Virus record (IMG/VR): IMGVR_UViG_2627853687_000001
Coordinates: 1 to 64,000 of that record
Length of the DNA: 64,000 nucleotides
Direction: 5' to 3' (one strand)
Source: a virus
Lineage: Duplodnaviria > Caudoviricetes
Under the pieces are notes generated by a model that saw only the letters and a program-made list of their open reading frames with translations, did no database searches and was not told the DNA's origin. A program made the position numbers and the translations under genes. Of this stretch, positions 49,001 through 58,436 are shown piece by piece (the first letter of the stretch is position 1; every line of letters starts with the position of its first letter).

Positions 49001-52000
49001 GCAAGAAGCTGGCCACCGGCCTCACCCGGCAGCGCACGCGCCACCTGTTTCGCCAGCTCTACGTCCTCTTCACGGAAGCGGAACGTGATAGCGGAGCGGT
49101 ACAGGTCCGGATCTATAACCACCTTATCCATGTCGCGGATAACAGAGAAAATGAAATCGTCTTCGTTTTGCACAATGGAAATATGGCCATCGCCATTGTC
49201 CTGTACGATTTCCTTTTGCCCAATACGGCTGGCGCGCACGCGGAGCTCTTCATAAAGCTCCTTCTGGTCCCGCGTCATTGGCACGCCAACGGTTTTCTCG
49301 TCGAGGCCTGGGATCTTCACGCTGTCTTTCACGTCAGCAGCAGATTTAAGCGTCGTCCAGCGATGGAAGATGCCGCGCAGACCATCAAGGTTTTTGAAGC
49401 CCACCAGCCCCTGCTTGTCTTCCAGTTCGCCTGAAATCTTCTGGACAGTAACGGTGTCGGTTTCACCGAATACGCGTACAAAGTCATCCGGCGTCAGTAT
49501 CCCCATCGCCTTCCACTCATCCAGCGACACGACGTGTGACAGCATGTTAAAGGCGTCAATCGGGGAGTTAACCAGCGGCGTTGCGGTCAGCATAACGACG
49601 CCGCGGCCGTTGTACTTTTTCATCATGTACTGGCTTTTTACGGCCATATCGCGGGCAATCTTTGAGACAGACGGATTAGGCAGGTAGGCCAGCTGGCCTG
49701 CTTCGCGTCCGGCGCTGTGCGAGTTGCGGTAGTTATGCCCTTCGTCTGCGATCACGCTGTCAAAGTGCATATCCTCAAAGTAAGGGATCTGGCTCTTTTT
49801 CTTCGTGCCGGTATCTGCTGCTTTATCGCGGAGTTTGTTACGGGACGTGGCGGCGCGGTGCGTGGACTTCATCAGATCCGTGCGGCCATTTTCAATCTGG
49901 TTGAAGACCGCCTGGTTGGAGTTTTCCTCAATCGTCTCCGGACGCATTGGGATATCGCCAAACTGCTCTTTAGTCATTATCACGGCGCGGTAGTTGGATA
50001 CCGGGATCATGTTCATGCGCTCAAGCACAGTTGCGGCCGCGGACTCTTTCACCACGTTACGCATCACCGGCTGGCCGTCTTTGTCCAGTTTCGGCTCATT
50101 GTTCTCATCGCGCTCTTGGGCCTGCATGATCTGGCCATCTTCGCCGCGCACTTCATCCAGCCCGACAAACAGCATGTTCTGGAAGGCTTCGGCACTGTAG
50201 AAACTCTGCGCTTCGTGATACCAGTTCTGGAGGACGGCTTTCGGCACGACGTAGACGGTTCGCTTACTGCGCCCTACCTCGTAGTTGTAGGCTTCCAGCG
50301 CCAGCGCCGTCGTGGTTTTACCCAGGCCTGTGCCAAAGCCCATGATGCCGCGGCCGTCTTCTGACAGGCGCCGGACTTCGGCATTCTGATAGCTAAGCGG
50401 GAGACGTTTGCCGCTGATCTGCTGCAGTTGCAGCGAAGAAGAAGAATGCTCAAACGGAACGTAGCCGTTAAAGGCGTCGTTGTAATCACTGACAACGTTT
50501 TCAACGTCCGGATGCGTGCGAAGCCAGTCATTGAAATGCGACTCCAGCTCACTGATTCGCTTCAGGTACACATTGGCGTTTACCCCGCGTGGCTTCACGC
50601 CGTTGAGGTAATTTTCCAGCTGGTTGTAGAAGCCATCTTTGTAGCTGGCGCGCTTGAACTCGGTCACGCCGCCTTTACTGGTGACAGATCGAACCTGATA
50701 GCCAGAGAAAACGCCGTCCTTGCCCGCATAGTTGTCTTCTGCGGTCAGATAGCCATTGTCGTTTGCCAGATCCTGCGTGTATTTGAAGTCATCAAAACCC
50801 TGCTCGATCAGGAACTCTTTGATCAGGCGACGGTCCAGCCAGCGGGCATTGAGGTTTACCGTAATGTCTTCAACCGGCGTGTGCTTGCGCTTCTCGTTAA
50901 TGGCTTCCAGCTGGCGGACATAGTTCGCCTTTACCGGGCCATCCGGCGCATCATCAATTAGCCCCGCCAGGCGGGAGACTTTGCCGCGCACGTTGCCGCT
51001 GGTGGCGCGTGCCAGCGGCATGATGTTGCCGTTGCCATCGAGGGCGATCTCCGGGAACGTCGCCAGGTGCGCCAGCAGCGCGTCGTCATCTTCCGGCAGT
51101 TGGCTGGTAAACGCGGCACGGAAAGCGGCCAGCGCAACCGGGACCATATCAACATCGCTGAAAAGGTGTGATACCACCTGCTCCGGGCTGGCGAAATCGA
51201 CTGCCACGGCTTCGCTGCGGTCGATGGTGCCGTTCAGCAGCGCGGACAAATCGCCGTCACGGCTCACGTTAGCCTGAAAACTCAGCCATCCTTTCGCGCT
51301 GGCGTCAGACAGCCCCGCCAGTTTCAGGCCTTTCGGCGTGCCGTACTGGCCCAATTCTTCGCTCACCAGACGGGCAGCGTCGGCAATGATGCCGCTGGCG
51401 TCGCCGCCCAGCATCTGCGTATTCAGCGCGTCATTGATACGCAAACCGATGATCGAGGCACGCATAACGCGCCAGCGGTGGCCCGGTTTCTGCTGCATGG
51501 CGAAACGGATCGCAGCATGGGTGCGATCGTCAAACAGCTGTGGGTATTCGACGCTGGCGGCGTACAATTCGCGGCTATCGAGCGACAGCATGCCGTTAAT
51601 GGTGCGCGTTTTTGTCTGAAGATCGCCAAACGTGGCCGCGCCGAAACGCTTCGCATCAATCCCGCTCGATGCCGTGGTGGCGTCTTTGATAAACCGGGTG
51701 CCGTCATAGGTGTGCCAGACGCCAGCCATGAGGCGCTTATCACCTTCAACTGGCGACTGCCAGACGGCGGCAGGCGTACCCAGCCGATCCCAGTCAATGC
51801 GGCTGTCAAAGCGGCGTGACAGCGCGGCCTTCATTGCCTCATTGGTCAGCTGGCCATCTTTTTTAACCACCAGAATATTATTGAAGTCAGATCGCTCGGT
51901 TTCACCGTGAACAAAGCGACGGCCTTCAGTTTCAAACCACTTGCCCCGGATGAACGTTGGCCACAGGATGTTTGCCGCCTCAAGAGACTGATCATCGCTG

Positions 52001-52881
52001 TCATGCACCAGCTGAGTCAGCGCCTCGGTATGCTTGCGCAGTACCCACACATCCACCACCGTTGCGGTACCGCTTTCGGCAAACGTGCCGGACGGCATGC
52101 GGTGCGCGCCTAGGAACTCCGCCACGCGGGAGACGCGATCGCGCAACTTCTTGTTGTTGCCGCCGCCGTCGGTCATGCCGTTAGGAACCACCAGCACCAC
52201 CAGCCCGCCGAATTTCACCTTGTCGATGGTGCGCATCACAAAGTAATGGCCAACGTTGGTTTCATCGCGGTAAGCCGGGTCGAGCTCGGCAAAGCCTGTG
52301 CGCGAGTCGCCAAACGGTACGTTACCTACGGCATGGTCATAGCTGTTATCCGGCACGGATGCTGCCAGCTTCTCAAATGCGCCCAGGCGAACATCGTCCT
52401 CCGGGTGCAGCAGCTGGTTGATACGTCCGGACGTGTCAGAAATCTCTGCTGACGTCATCATAGCGCCAGCCGGTTTTGTCTCCTGAAAAACGCCGGTACC
52501 GGCTGACGGCTCCAACATGTGACCGCTGGTTATGCCGTAATCGGAAAACAGATCCCAGATGCCTTCCGCCATGAATGGCGGCGTGTAGTATTCGTACTGA
52601 CTGCCGCCGCTTCCTTCCAGACCGCCCTCACCACTGTAGCCCGCCAGTATCCGGCGCTGTTCATCAGTCAGTTTGTTGCCGTTGAAGCCCTGCGGCAGAG
52701 AGTTAAGCAGTGCGATCGCATTGTCGTTTGCGCTCCGGCGCTCACGCTGCAGGCTCACGCCTTCACGCTTGGTCACGCCAAACGCGACTACGGTCCGCTG
52801 TTTGTGCAGGCGCATGACCAGCCGGATCAGTTCTTCAATCGATCCCGCCTCCTGCAGCGCCCTGTTTGCTGGATTTTCCAC
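46012..52881 (-). CDS. darB: DarB antirestriction protein (N6-MTase + SNF2-like helicase)
   Basis: 2289 aa; YEYYTP, LEPSAGTG, GNVPF; GTGLGKT, IADEGHNY, LTATPLVNS, QRNGRGAR. Confidence 0.95.
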   Translation of the reverse strand: MENPANRALQEAGSIEELIRLVMRLHKQRTVVAFGVTKREGVSLQRERRSANDNAIALLNSLPQGFNGNKLTDEQRRILAGYSGEGGLEGSGGSQYEYYTPPFMAEGIWDLFSDYGITSGHMLEPSAGTGVFQETKPAGAMMTSAEISDTSGRINQLLHPEDDVRLGAFEKLAASVPDNSYDHAVGNVPFGDSRTGFAELDPAYRDETNVGHYFVMRTIDKVKFGGLVVLVVPNGMTDGGGNNKKLRDRVSRVAEFLGAHRMPSGTFAESGTATVVDVWVLRKHTEALTQLVHDSDDQSLEAANILWPTFIRGKWFETEGRRFVHGETERSDFNNILVVKKDGQLTNEAMKAALSRRFDSRIDWDRLGTPAAVWQSPVEGDKRLMAGVWHTYDGTRFIKDATTASSGIDAKRFGAATFGDLQTKTRTINGMLSLDSRELYAASVEYPQLFDDRTHAAIRFAMQQKPGHRWRVMRASIIGLRINDALNTQMLGGDASGIIADAARLVSEELGQYGTPKGLKLAGLSDASAKGWLSFQANVSRDGDLSALLNGTIDRSEAVAVDFASPEQVVSHLFSDVDMVPVALAAFRAAFTSQLPEDDDALLAHLATFPEIALDGNGNIMPLARATSGNVRGKVSRLAGLIDDAPDGPVKANYVRQLEAINEKRKHTPVEDITVNLNARWLDRRLIKEFLIEQGFDDFKYTQDLANDNGYLTAEDNYAGKDGVFSGYQVRSVTSKGGVTEFKRASYKDGFYNQLENYLNGVKPRGVNANVYLKRISELESHFNDWLRTHPDVENVVSDYNDAFNGYVPFEHSSSSLQLQQISGKRLPLSYQNAEVRRLSEDGRGIMGFGTGLGKTTTALALEAYNYEVGRSKRTVYVVPKAVLQNWYHEAQSFYSAEAFQNMLFVGLDEVRGEDGQIMQAQERDENNEPKLDKDGQPVMRNVVKESAAATVLERMNMIPVSNYRAVIMTKEQFGDIPMRPETIEENSNQAVFNQIENGRTDLMKSTHRAATSRNKLRDKAADTGTKKKSQIPYFEDMHFDSVIADEGHNYRNSHSAGREAGQLAYLPNPSVSKIARDMAVKSQYMMKKYNGRGVVMLTATPLVNSPIDAFNMLSHVVSLDEWKAMGILTPDDFVRVFGETDTVTVQKISGELEDKQGLVGFKNLDGLRGIFHRWTTLKSAADVKDSVKIPGLDEKTVGVPMTRDQKELYEELRVRASRIGQKEIVQDNGDGHISIVQNEDDFIFSVIRDMDKVVIDPDLYRSAITFRFREEDVELAKQVARALPGEAGGQLLAGDDEETTEDAETGLTDTRTSKVVKTTLKDRGGVVELVVSDTLEQQVLDAIAAAGISMQNVSHPVPPKYAALIENLKAGLPDGKQIIFMDEKSQHNKLRRIIASALGLTEQQVGIINATTVSKASGVKVKPVKKPVEPVEKADGSFKDGAWDKYYEELARYEDYQAAMSDASLAGMEGIAADYNEGRTPIIICNKKAEVGINLHKGTADTHHLTLPWTPASIDQRNGRGARVGSERDTMRVHYYCGKGSFDEFRLETLQRKKNWINDVMKSDVSSIKNGDVESKEEQSLLLAANPEERRARVDAQLKAKREADRQQAEREAAAALDIYLKASVAAATPVEVLEDNITKLSAAFDAINGEIDGYREDVTEAEAAYNLEVEKYGKRSADQWRGQDRRVARAALRDGLAKQKKLEQELGGARKALTRSKSAASTIKRSRGEVERAIKSGALEVDPDVLRAPEQYMKLPDGQLLRIGATYEIWLNDDREEKGVFQIRKFFPEKNTVEVELIHKPLRCYTGPNVGGFAEMPSALVGDRVDITSDQAKALQTAAKGIDPIDLADGLSRADFYAAIHAGVLNVRTDGWLYRDSDGRLKLAYLSGTISASEERPAEAWLYPDHSDEQLKRELYQYSVDNNIYSAQGFFKAMFGRNYDTALQAYGKQAGMAEVVKVFKRLVAEFEANDSRKRTMTGATDEEAHAAFLGAGQDRYYWSNSISVRQFRNGMEGFSNRNEYEVIFDQLRNEMADGKMQAIRSLTEQYAAAALQQFRQMSERDSQAGIALLLVKSKFDAQSDITRPATITESPAAVYLRAGVSLGALDEAAISAETFTSSSAVMSRLNEVYAWLEQIEKGGYRDYAVTWDDYKGMITGKLSPDAVKARRDEAQRLAAAAATTVRTAQVQKQSDGFQVMKNEQELVASRKWRNRTFKIDFPAGGAYVLTDTSDTPVLKRKAVRDLIKEKYGAKFWNFEEDPVAGNEFTQAAWLIPSSHDLDALRSDIVNA

Positions 52882-52960
52882 TGTGTAACTTTCCCTCAGA
52901 TTGCATAAAGCGAATATGCTTTATTATATTCTAAGGGTTTATTAAATATGGGGTATAACT

Positions 52961-54658
52961 TTGGCTACTAAAAAAAAGGCATCGTCTGTTTTAGGAGCAC
53001 TTAGGCAGGCATTCCGGGGCGCGACGACAGAAGCACCGCAAAGCCTGGCATGGACTAACGGGCAAAACGTGGTTGTCTCTCGCTCCGGGCTGGCGGCGAT
53101 GGCATACAACGAGGGAAAGGCGGGGGAAATGACCTCTGCCGGTGACAGTCTTTACCTGGGCGCGGAGTTGCCGCTGGACCGGCTGCAGCGCTATGCGATT
53201 CTGGAGGAAATGGCTAACAGCCCGACGTGCTCAGCCGCGCTGAATATCCACATTGGCCACGCACTCGCGCCGGACAAAAAAACCGGCCTGGCGTTCTCTA
53301 TCGTGCCGGTTGATCCGTCCGACGCAGAGGGCGCGGCACGGGCCAAAGAGCTACAGGACGATCTTGGCGCAATGATTAATCGGCATCTGCCGTCGCTGGC
53401 TATGACCATGGCGATTTTCGGCGTCTCTTATGTCCGCCCCTATGCCCGAACCGGCAAGGGGATCACCAGTCTGGAAAACAGCTATTACTCGTTGCCCTAC
53501 TTCATTCAGGAGTTTTATAAAGGTGATCAGCTGGTGGGCTTTGGCGGAGATTATGTGCTGTCACCTGACACCCATACCCGCACGCTGTCTACGCCGTGGT
53601 CCCTGGTCCCGATGAAAAATCCGTACTGGACGCCCACGCGCAACGTTCAGCCGGTGACGTCCGGGAATCGCGGTTACTCTTTGCTGTCGGAGGAAGAAGA
53701 TAAGGAAGTTTCGGAGACGCAGAACTACGGCACCAGCTTCCTGGCGCATGCCTATGAACCCTTCCTGAATCTGGTCGGCGCGCTGAATGCCCTGAAGGCA
53801 ACGCGCTACAACGCAGCCAAAATTGACCGCCTGATTGCCCTTACGACTAACTCACTCGATCCGGTTGTGGGCGCGAACTACACCCGCACTGTGTCGCAGA
53901 CGCTCAAGCGCCACGGCGAAGCGCTCCAGAAAAAAGCGGTGAACGGTAACACCATGCCTACCGTGATGAACCATGTGATCCCGGTGATGGGTGATGGCAA
54001 GAACGGGATTACGATTGATACGCAGTCGATACCCGCCGACATTAGCGGCATTGAGGACGTCATGTTTCACCTGCGCCAGCTTTGTGCCGCGCTCGGTATC
54101 GACTCAACTATGCTGGGCTGGGCCGATCAGATGGCAGGCGGACTGGGTGAAGGCGGCTGGATTCAGACGGCCATTCAGGCGGCACTCCGTGCGCAGTGGC
54201 TGCGACAGGGTGCGCAGGAGATGATTTACCGACTGATCGACATTCACCTGGCGTTCAAATACGGCAAGGTGTACCCGGTCAATGACCGCCCCTATGTTGT
54301 GCAGTTCAACTCAATGAATACCGCCATTCAGGAAGAAGAAAGCCGCGAAATGGACGCCCGCGCCAACTTCATTACTCTGATGGTGCAGGTTATGGACGCC
54401 TTGCAGGCCAACAATAAGCTGGCGGAGAACGACACGTTTATGCGCTACCTGTTCGGCGATCAGCTTAAGATGGACGGCAGTACGCTCGACAAGATGCTGG
54501 CGGAGTTTGAGAAAAGCCGGAAGAAGGCGGATGCGCAGGAGGATGAAGGCGGCGGCGGCATGATGAACGAATCCGCCCCAGATGGGACCGATCCGGCCAG
54601 CTGGACACACGCAGAGCTGGTGGCGTTTGCGCGCTATGTGACGGCACCCGGTAACTGA
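52961..54658 (+). CDS. prt: Portal protein Prt
   Basis: 565 aa, divergent from darB as in P1; RLQRYAILEEMA, IDTQSIPADISGIED, GGLGEGG. Confidence 0.85.
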   Translation: MATKKKASSVLGALRQAFRGATTEAPQSLAWTNGQNVVVSRSGLAAMAYNEGKAGEMTSAGDSLYLGAELPLDRLQRYAILEEMANSPTCSAALNIHIGHALAPDKKTGLAFSIVPVDPSDAEGAARAKELQDDLGAMINRHLPSLAMTMAIFGVSYVRPYARTGKGITSLENSYYSLPYFIQEFYKGDQLVGFGGDYVLSPDTHTRTLSTPWSLVPMKNPYWTPTRNVQPVTSGNRGYSLLSEEEDKEVSETQNYGTSFLAHAYEPFLNLVGALNALKATRYNAAKIDRLIALTTNSLDPVVGANYTRTVSQTLKRHGEALQKKAVNGNTMPTVMNHVIPVMGDGKNGITIDTQSIPADISGIEDVMFHLRQLCAALGIDSTMLGWADQMAGGLGEGGWIQTAIQAALRAQWLRQGAQEMIYRLIDIHLAFKYGKVYPVNDRPYVVQFNSMNTAIQEEESREMDARANFITLMVQVMDALQANNKLAENDTFMRYLFGDQLKMDGSTLDKMLAEFEKSRKKADAQEDEGGGGMMNESAPDGTDPASWTHAELVAFARYVTAPGN

Positions 54659-54819
54659 CTGTAGGTAAAAAAAAGACCGCACACCACATCCAGGGGGGGT
54701 TGTGCGGTTGATAAACGCCTTATCAATGCGGATACATTCGGGATGAAAATAGAGAGGTATTGATGTTGCCATTAACTTCGCTGGCAGAGAACGATGGATA
54801 CCAGTGAAACTAATCCTTA

Positions 54820-55128
54820 TCAGCTTATTTTCTTTTCCGGCTTCGTGGCCTGTTTTGATAAAAGAAACACGTCTGATCTATTCGCCATTATATCGGGCTT
54901 ATTGGCACAGAGAGGACATGCCCTGACACCCGTGTAATTTATCCTTGCTACGCTAAGCACCTGATTTAACGTGTAGCAGCTGCTGATAAAAGCACGGTCC
55001 CATTCAGCGGGCAGCTGCGGACAGTCAAGCCGGTGCAACAGTAACCCGCTGTTAGCGTGGTCATTAACGTATAATTTCATGGCCTTATACATGCCATATC
55101 CTATTGCTGTGTGTGACAAAATCACCAT
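54820..55128 (-). CDS. Hypothetical protein (H/C metal-binding-like)
   Basis: LLHRLDCPQLP...ACPLC. Confidence 0.55.
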   Translation of the reverse strand: MVILSHTAIGYGMYKAMKLYVNDHANSGLLLHRLDCPQLPAEWDRAFISSCYTLNQVLSVARINYTGVRACPLCANKPDIMANRSDVFLLSKQATKPEKKIS

Positions 55129-55691
55129 TTAAAATATGAGCCAGTTCCGACTGTCCTTAGCCTGAATTAGCAGCTTCCGAGTCTATGCGAAATTTATATA
55201 ACTGCCTTTTTCACATTAGCTCATCTGCGTTAACAAAAGTTACCACTTTCCTTTTAATTTAAAAAACATTTTTTGACGGGCTATATATTTGCATTGACCT
55301 AGCGAAAGTTATTTCGCAATTGAATGAAAGTCATTAATAGTCGCTAAAGTGCTGATATTCGGCTTGCACTGATCAAATATGTCGCAATATCAGAAAATCC
55401 GTTCGGAATTGTTACGCGTAAAAAAAACCATACAAACCTGAGTAAATTCGACGTTTGTTTGTAGACAAAAAATCTTCAACAAAAAATATGACAATATAAA
55501 CGATAAGTTTATCTAATTTACTGAATAATTTTTTCAGCGAAATACATATAACGGCAATAATACATAAGCGTAATTATTAGGCATGATTACAAATGATTAA
55601 TCTCAGGCACAAAAAACCGCACGCGGTTAAACCTGCATGCGGTTATATTCCGGCTGCGTTTAACGGCTTTGCGCTGCCGTATCAGATGCAA

Positions 55692-56171
55692 CTAATTAGG
55701 CCAGTCATAAACAAAGTGCTGCACGGCCACGGCTTTCAGACCACTTTTAATTTTAACGACCTGCTGCGGTCCGGGCTGCTGCTCAGCAATGGCAAGTTTC
55801 ATTATGGCTGCGGCAGGCTTAACGGCTGGCATCTTATCTGATTCACATTTTCGTGCCGCTATCGCCGGCGCTTTCTTTACTGTGGGCGCAGGCCTCTTTG
55901 CCTGTTCGGCAACGGGCTTATTGCTGAGGTTTGCAAACTGCTCTTCACGGGCATCAGTCTTTTCGGGGTTTTGTTTTTGCAAACAGACCGGACAGCGCTC
56001 TGTATTTTTATGATGCACAACAGCTACGGTCATTGCCTGCTGAGACGTATACAGGGTGCCGATAAATATCCGGCTTTCAGGGGACTTCGGGAGCAGATGA
56101 CAGCTTTCGCGGTGCAGCAGCGTGCCACTTTCATAATGAAATGCGACATAATATTTCTTTGCTTTTAACAT
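55692..56171 (-). CDS. Hypothetical protein, paralogous motif to 54820..55128
   Basis: LLHRESCHLLP...FIGTLYT...RCPVC. Confidence 0.6.
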   Translation of the reverse strand: MLKAKKYYVAFHYESGTLLHRESCHLLPKSPESRIFIGTLYTSQQAMTVAVVHHKNTERCPVCLQKQNPEKTDAREEQFANLSNKPVAEQAKRPAPTVKKAPAIAARKCESDKMPAVKPAAAIMKLAIAEQQPGPQQVVKIKSGLKAVAVQHFVYDWPN

Positions 56172-56397
56172 GCTAATTCCTTGAGCAGTATTAACCCTGC
56201 ATAAACGGGTGAAAGATAATGATATTGATTCTTATTATTGTGTTTTATTTACAGGCATGAGCTAACTGTATATTCAGCCTGGTACTGAAATATACTTGCC
56301 CGAAAGAGACGCCCCGATACACAGCGCTAATTAAACTAAATTAACCGCAGGAACCTGAGTCAGCTCTAATTTGTTTTACTAAGGAAAATTAACCGCC

Positions 56398-56655
56398 TCA
56401 GTGTAGCAGAGAAATTACCTGCCAGTCTGAGGAAAGAATATCGTCAGGCGTGGGATCGTAAAAGAATAGCGCGCCGGATTCGCCCATGATGACAAATATC
56501 ATCTGTCTGTCAGCGTCGTTTTGGGTAAATACGTGAACGGGAGTGCGGCCCCATTTTGCACGACGGCAGATAGCACTTTCAGTCTGACTGATGGCAGTCA
56601 TAGCGCGGTCAAAACGTAATGTCGCCGGGGATGGCGTGTCGGGGGTATCAGTCAT
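56398..56655 (-). CDS. Stand-alone DUF2829/Tad2-like protein
   Basis: FDRAM...CRRAKWG...YDPTPDDILSSDWQVI; AAGGAG RBS. Confidence 0.7.
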   Translation of the reverse strand: MTDTPDTPSPATLRFDRAMTAISQTESAICRRAKWGRTPVHVFTQNDADRQMIFVIMGESGALFFYDPTPDDILSSDWQVISLLH

Positions 56656-56709
56656 GAAATGCTCCTTGTGCGAAAAGAAGCGTCACTACAGGAGGTTCCA
56701 ATCTCCGGG

Positions 56710-56788
56710 TGGTGACGTTGACAGGGTTGGAACTACCGGTGCACAAGAAAACCGGCCTACCCGAAGGTAGCCCCACCAACGCCACCAT
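56710..56788 (-). ncRNA. c4: c4 antisense RNA
   Basis: Three-stem junction: TGGTGGCGTTGGTGGGG/CCCTGTCAACGTCACCA, CTACC-TTCG-GGTAG, CCGG-loop a'-CCGG, b' GTTCCAA; flanked by a1b1 and a2b2 targets. Confidence 0.85.
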
Positions 56789-57085
56789 AGATACGCCCGG
56801 AATAATCCGGACGTGGTAGCGCCGAAGGCACTATGTGCCAGTTCTCATGCTTTTACAGGGTTCCAAGCCTGGCCGCTGAATCTCTTCTGCGGCGCGCACA
56901 CTATATCTGCCGTGCTGATAAATTCAATATGTCTCATGTGAAATTAACCACTGGTCATTAGATCCAGACGAGATTAAAGAATCGCTAACCCCATAAATTA
57001 CAACCTTTCTACCATCCCACCGTGCAGGCAATCGCCAGCGCTGCCGCCGCTTTTCGGGGCATCCCAACGAATTTAAGAGGAAGTT

Positions 57086-58087
57086 ATGGAAGCACTCCGC
57101 ACGGTAACGGATCGTTTTTCCCTGATTGATAAAATCCGCCGCTTTACTCCACAGAATGACCGCAATTACCTGCTGCGATCGGTGCGCGAAACGTTCGCCA
57201 GCCCGGAAACTCAGGAGCGCATTCAGCTGGGGGAAATGTTCGGCTATTACGGCCACGGACGTCGCGCCGCATATTACGCGAAGACCGGACGGCTAAACCT
57301 GCCGGAATTTGCAGTCGTCATGATTGACGGTAAGCCGGTCACGCTGGAAAACGTACCATCAAACCGCACGCTGGAGGCCAGCGTGGATGATAACGGCATC
57401 GTGACTCACATTCAGGAGATTCTGGACACCGAGCCCGGCAACATCGTTGACGGCATGAACCGTTCCCGCGCTGGTGGCTGGTCATGGGCGACTGGCGGCG
57501 ACGATAACGCCATTTCAAAAGTGACAAGCTTTCACGGCTTCGACTATGTGACCAATCCAAACTATATCAGCCAGGATCACCCCGCTCTGCTGCTGGAATC
57601 GGCCAATGAACGTGCCGACGCAATGCATGCGGGGCTAATGGAAAAGGGGTATTCAGAAAATCAGGCGGCTGACATTATCCAGCACTTTGAAACCCTGCGT
57701 AGCCAGACGGCCATGCTGGAATCGGCGGATTCTTCGCTGCTGGAATCGGCGCTCCACATCGAGCACGGCAAGCGTCTGGAGCTGGAGGAACGTCTGCGCA
57801 GCGTGCAACTGATGATCGAGAGTGCAGGCACCGTGGCAAAGGCGCGACGTCGGATTATGAAGGATGCTCTGGCTAACATGCCGCTGTTTTTAAGTAAAGC
57901 CCAGCAGACGGCATTATGCCGTATGGACACGCCTGAAGACGCGCAGATTGTCGCTGCAATGTTGGAATCAATCGGCACAAATGCGACGGCAACACTGCCA
58001 ATCGGATCAGCCCACCAGCACACATTACCGCAAACGCGCCCGCCAGCTGTGGACTCAACACCACTGCTATGGATTAACCCAAAATAA
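57086..58087 (+). CDS. pro: Head processing protease Pro
   Basis: GEMFGYYGHGRR, GGWSWATGG, FHGFDYVTNPNY; follows prt. Confidence 0.85.
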   Translation: MEALRTVTDRFSLIDKIRRFTPQNDRNYLLRSVRETFASPETQERIQLGEMFGYYGHGRRAAYYAKTGRLNLPEFAVVMIDGKPVTLENVPSNRTLEASVDDNGIVTHIQEILDTEPGNIVDGMNRSRAGGWSWATGGDDNAISKVTSFHGFDYVTNPNYISQDHPALLLESANERADAMHAGLMEKGYSENQAADIIQHFETLRSQTAMLESADSSLLESALHIEHGKRLELEERLRSVQLMIESAGTVAKARRRIMKDALANMPLFLSKAQQTALCRMDTPEDAQIVAAMLESIGTNATATLPIGSAHQHTLPQTRPPAVDSTPLLWINPK

Positions 58088-58164
58088 TTAGGCAGGAAGA
58101 AAATCGTGCCCTGAAAACTGGGGCACGTTTTAGTCAAAACTAAAAATTAGGAAAAAACTGAGTG

Positions 58165-58193
58165 TTGATCCTTTTTCGGATCGCGTTTATCAT
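58165..58193 (+). promoter_or_regulatory. Sigma70 promoter for repL containing two GATC sites
   Basis: TTGATC-17 bp-TATCAT. Confidence 0.6.
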
Positions 58194-58436
58194 CCGCGCT
58201 CAAATTCAGTTTGACGACTGAATGAGAAGACGAAAAAAAATCGCCTGTTGACGCAGACGATTTTTAAACAACTTTGTGTGGTCTTCGACAACCACACCGG
58301 CGTTGTGCCGTTCAACTTCTTTGGTCGGAAGTTGCCCTTAATTCCCCGTAGCAAGGTACCCCTAGCAAGGAACCGAAATGATTAGAGCCACAAAAACAAA
58401 AGTGACAACAATCACCGACTGGAAGGAACCAAAAGC

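Noticed and set aside
46051-52908. Many + strand ORFs inside darB, and similar ones opposite pacAB, dut and the tail genes
   Set aside because: Antisense shadow ORFs of GC-rich coding sequence with no motifs
56648-56788. Ash-like ORF MVALVGLPSGRPVFLCTGSSNPVNVTT...
   Set aside because: It coincides with the c4 RNA; conservation is explained by RNA structure
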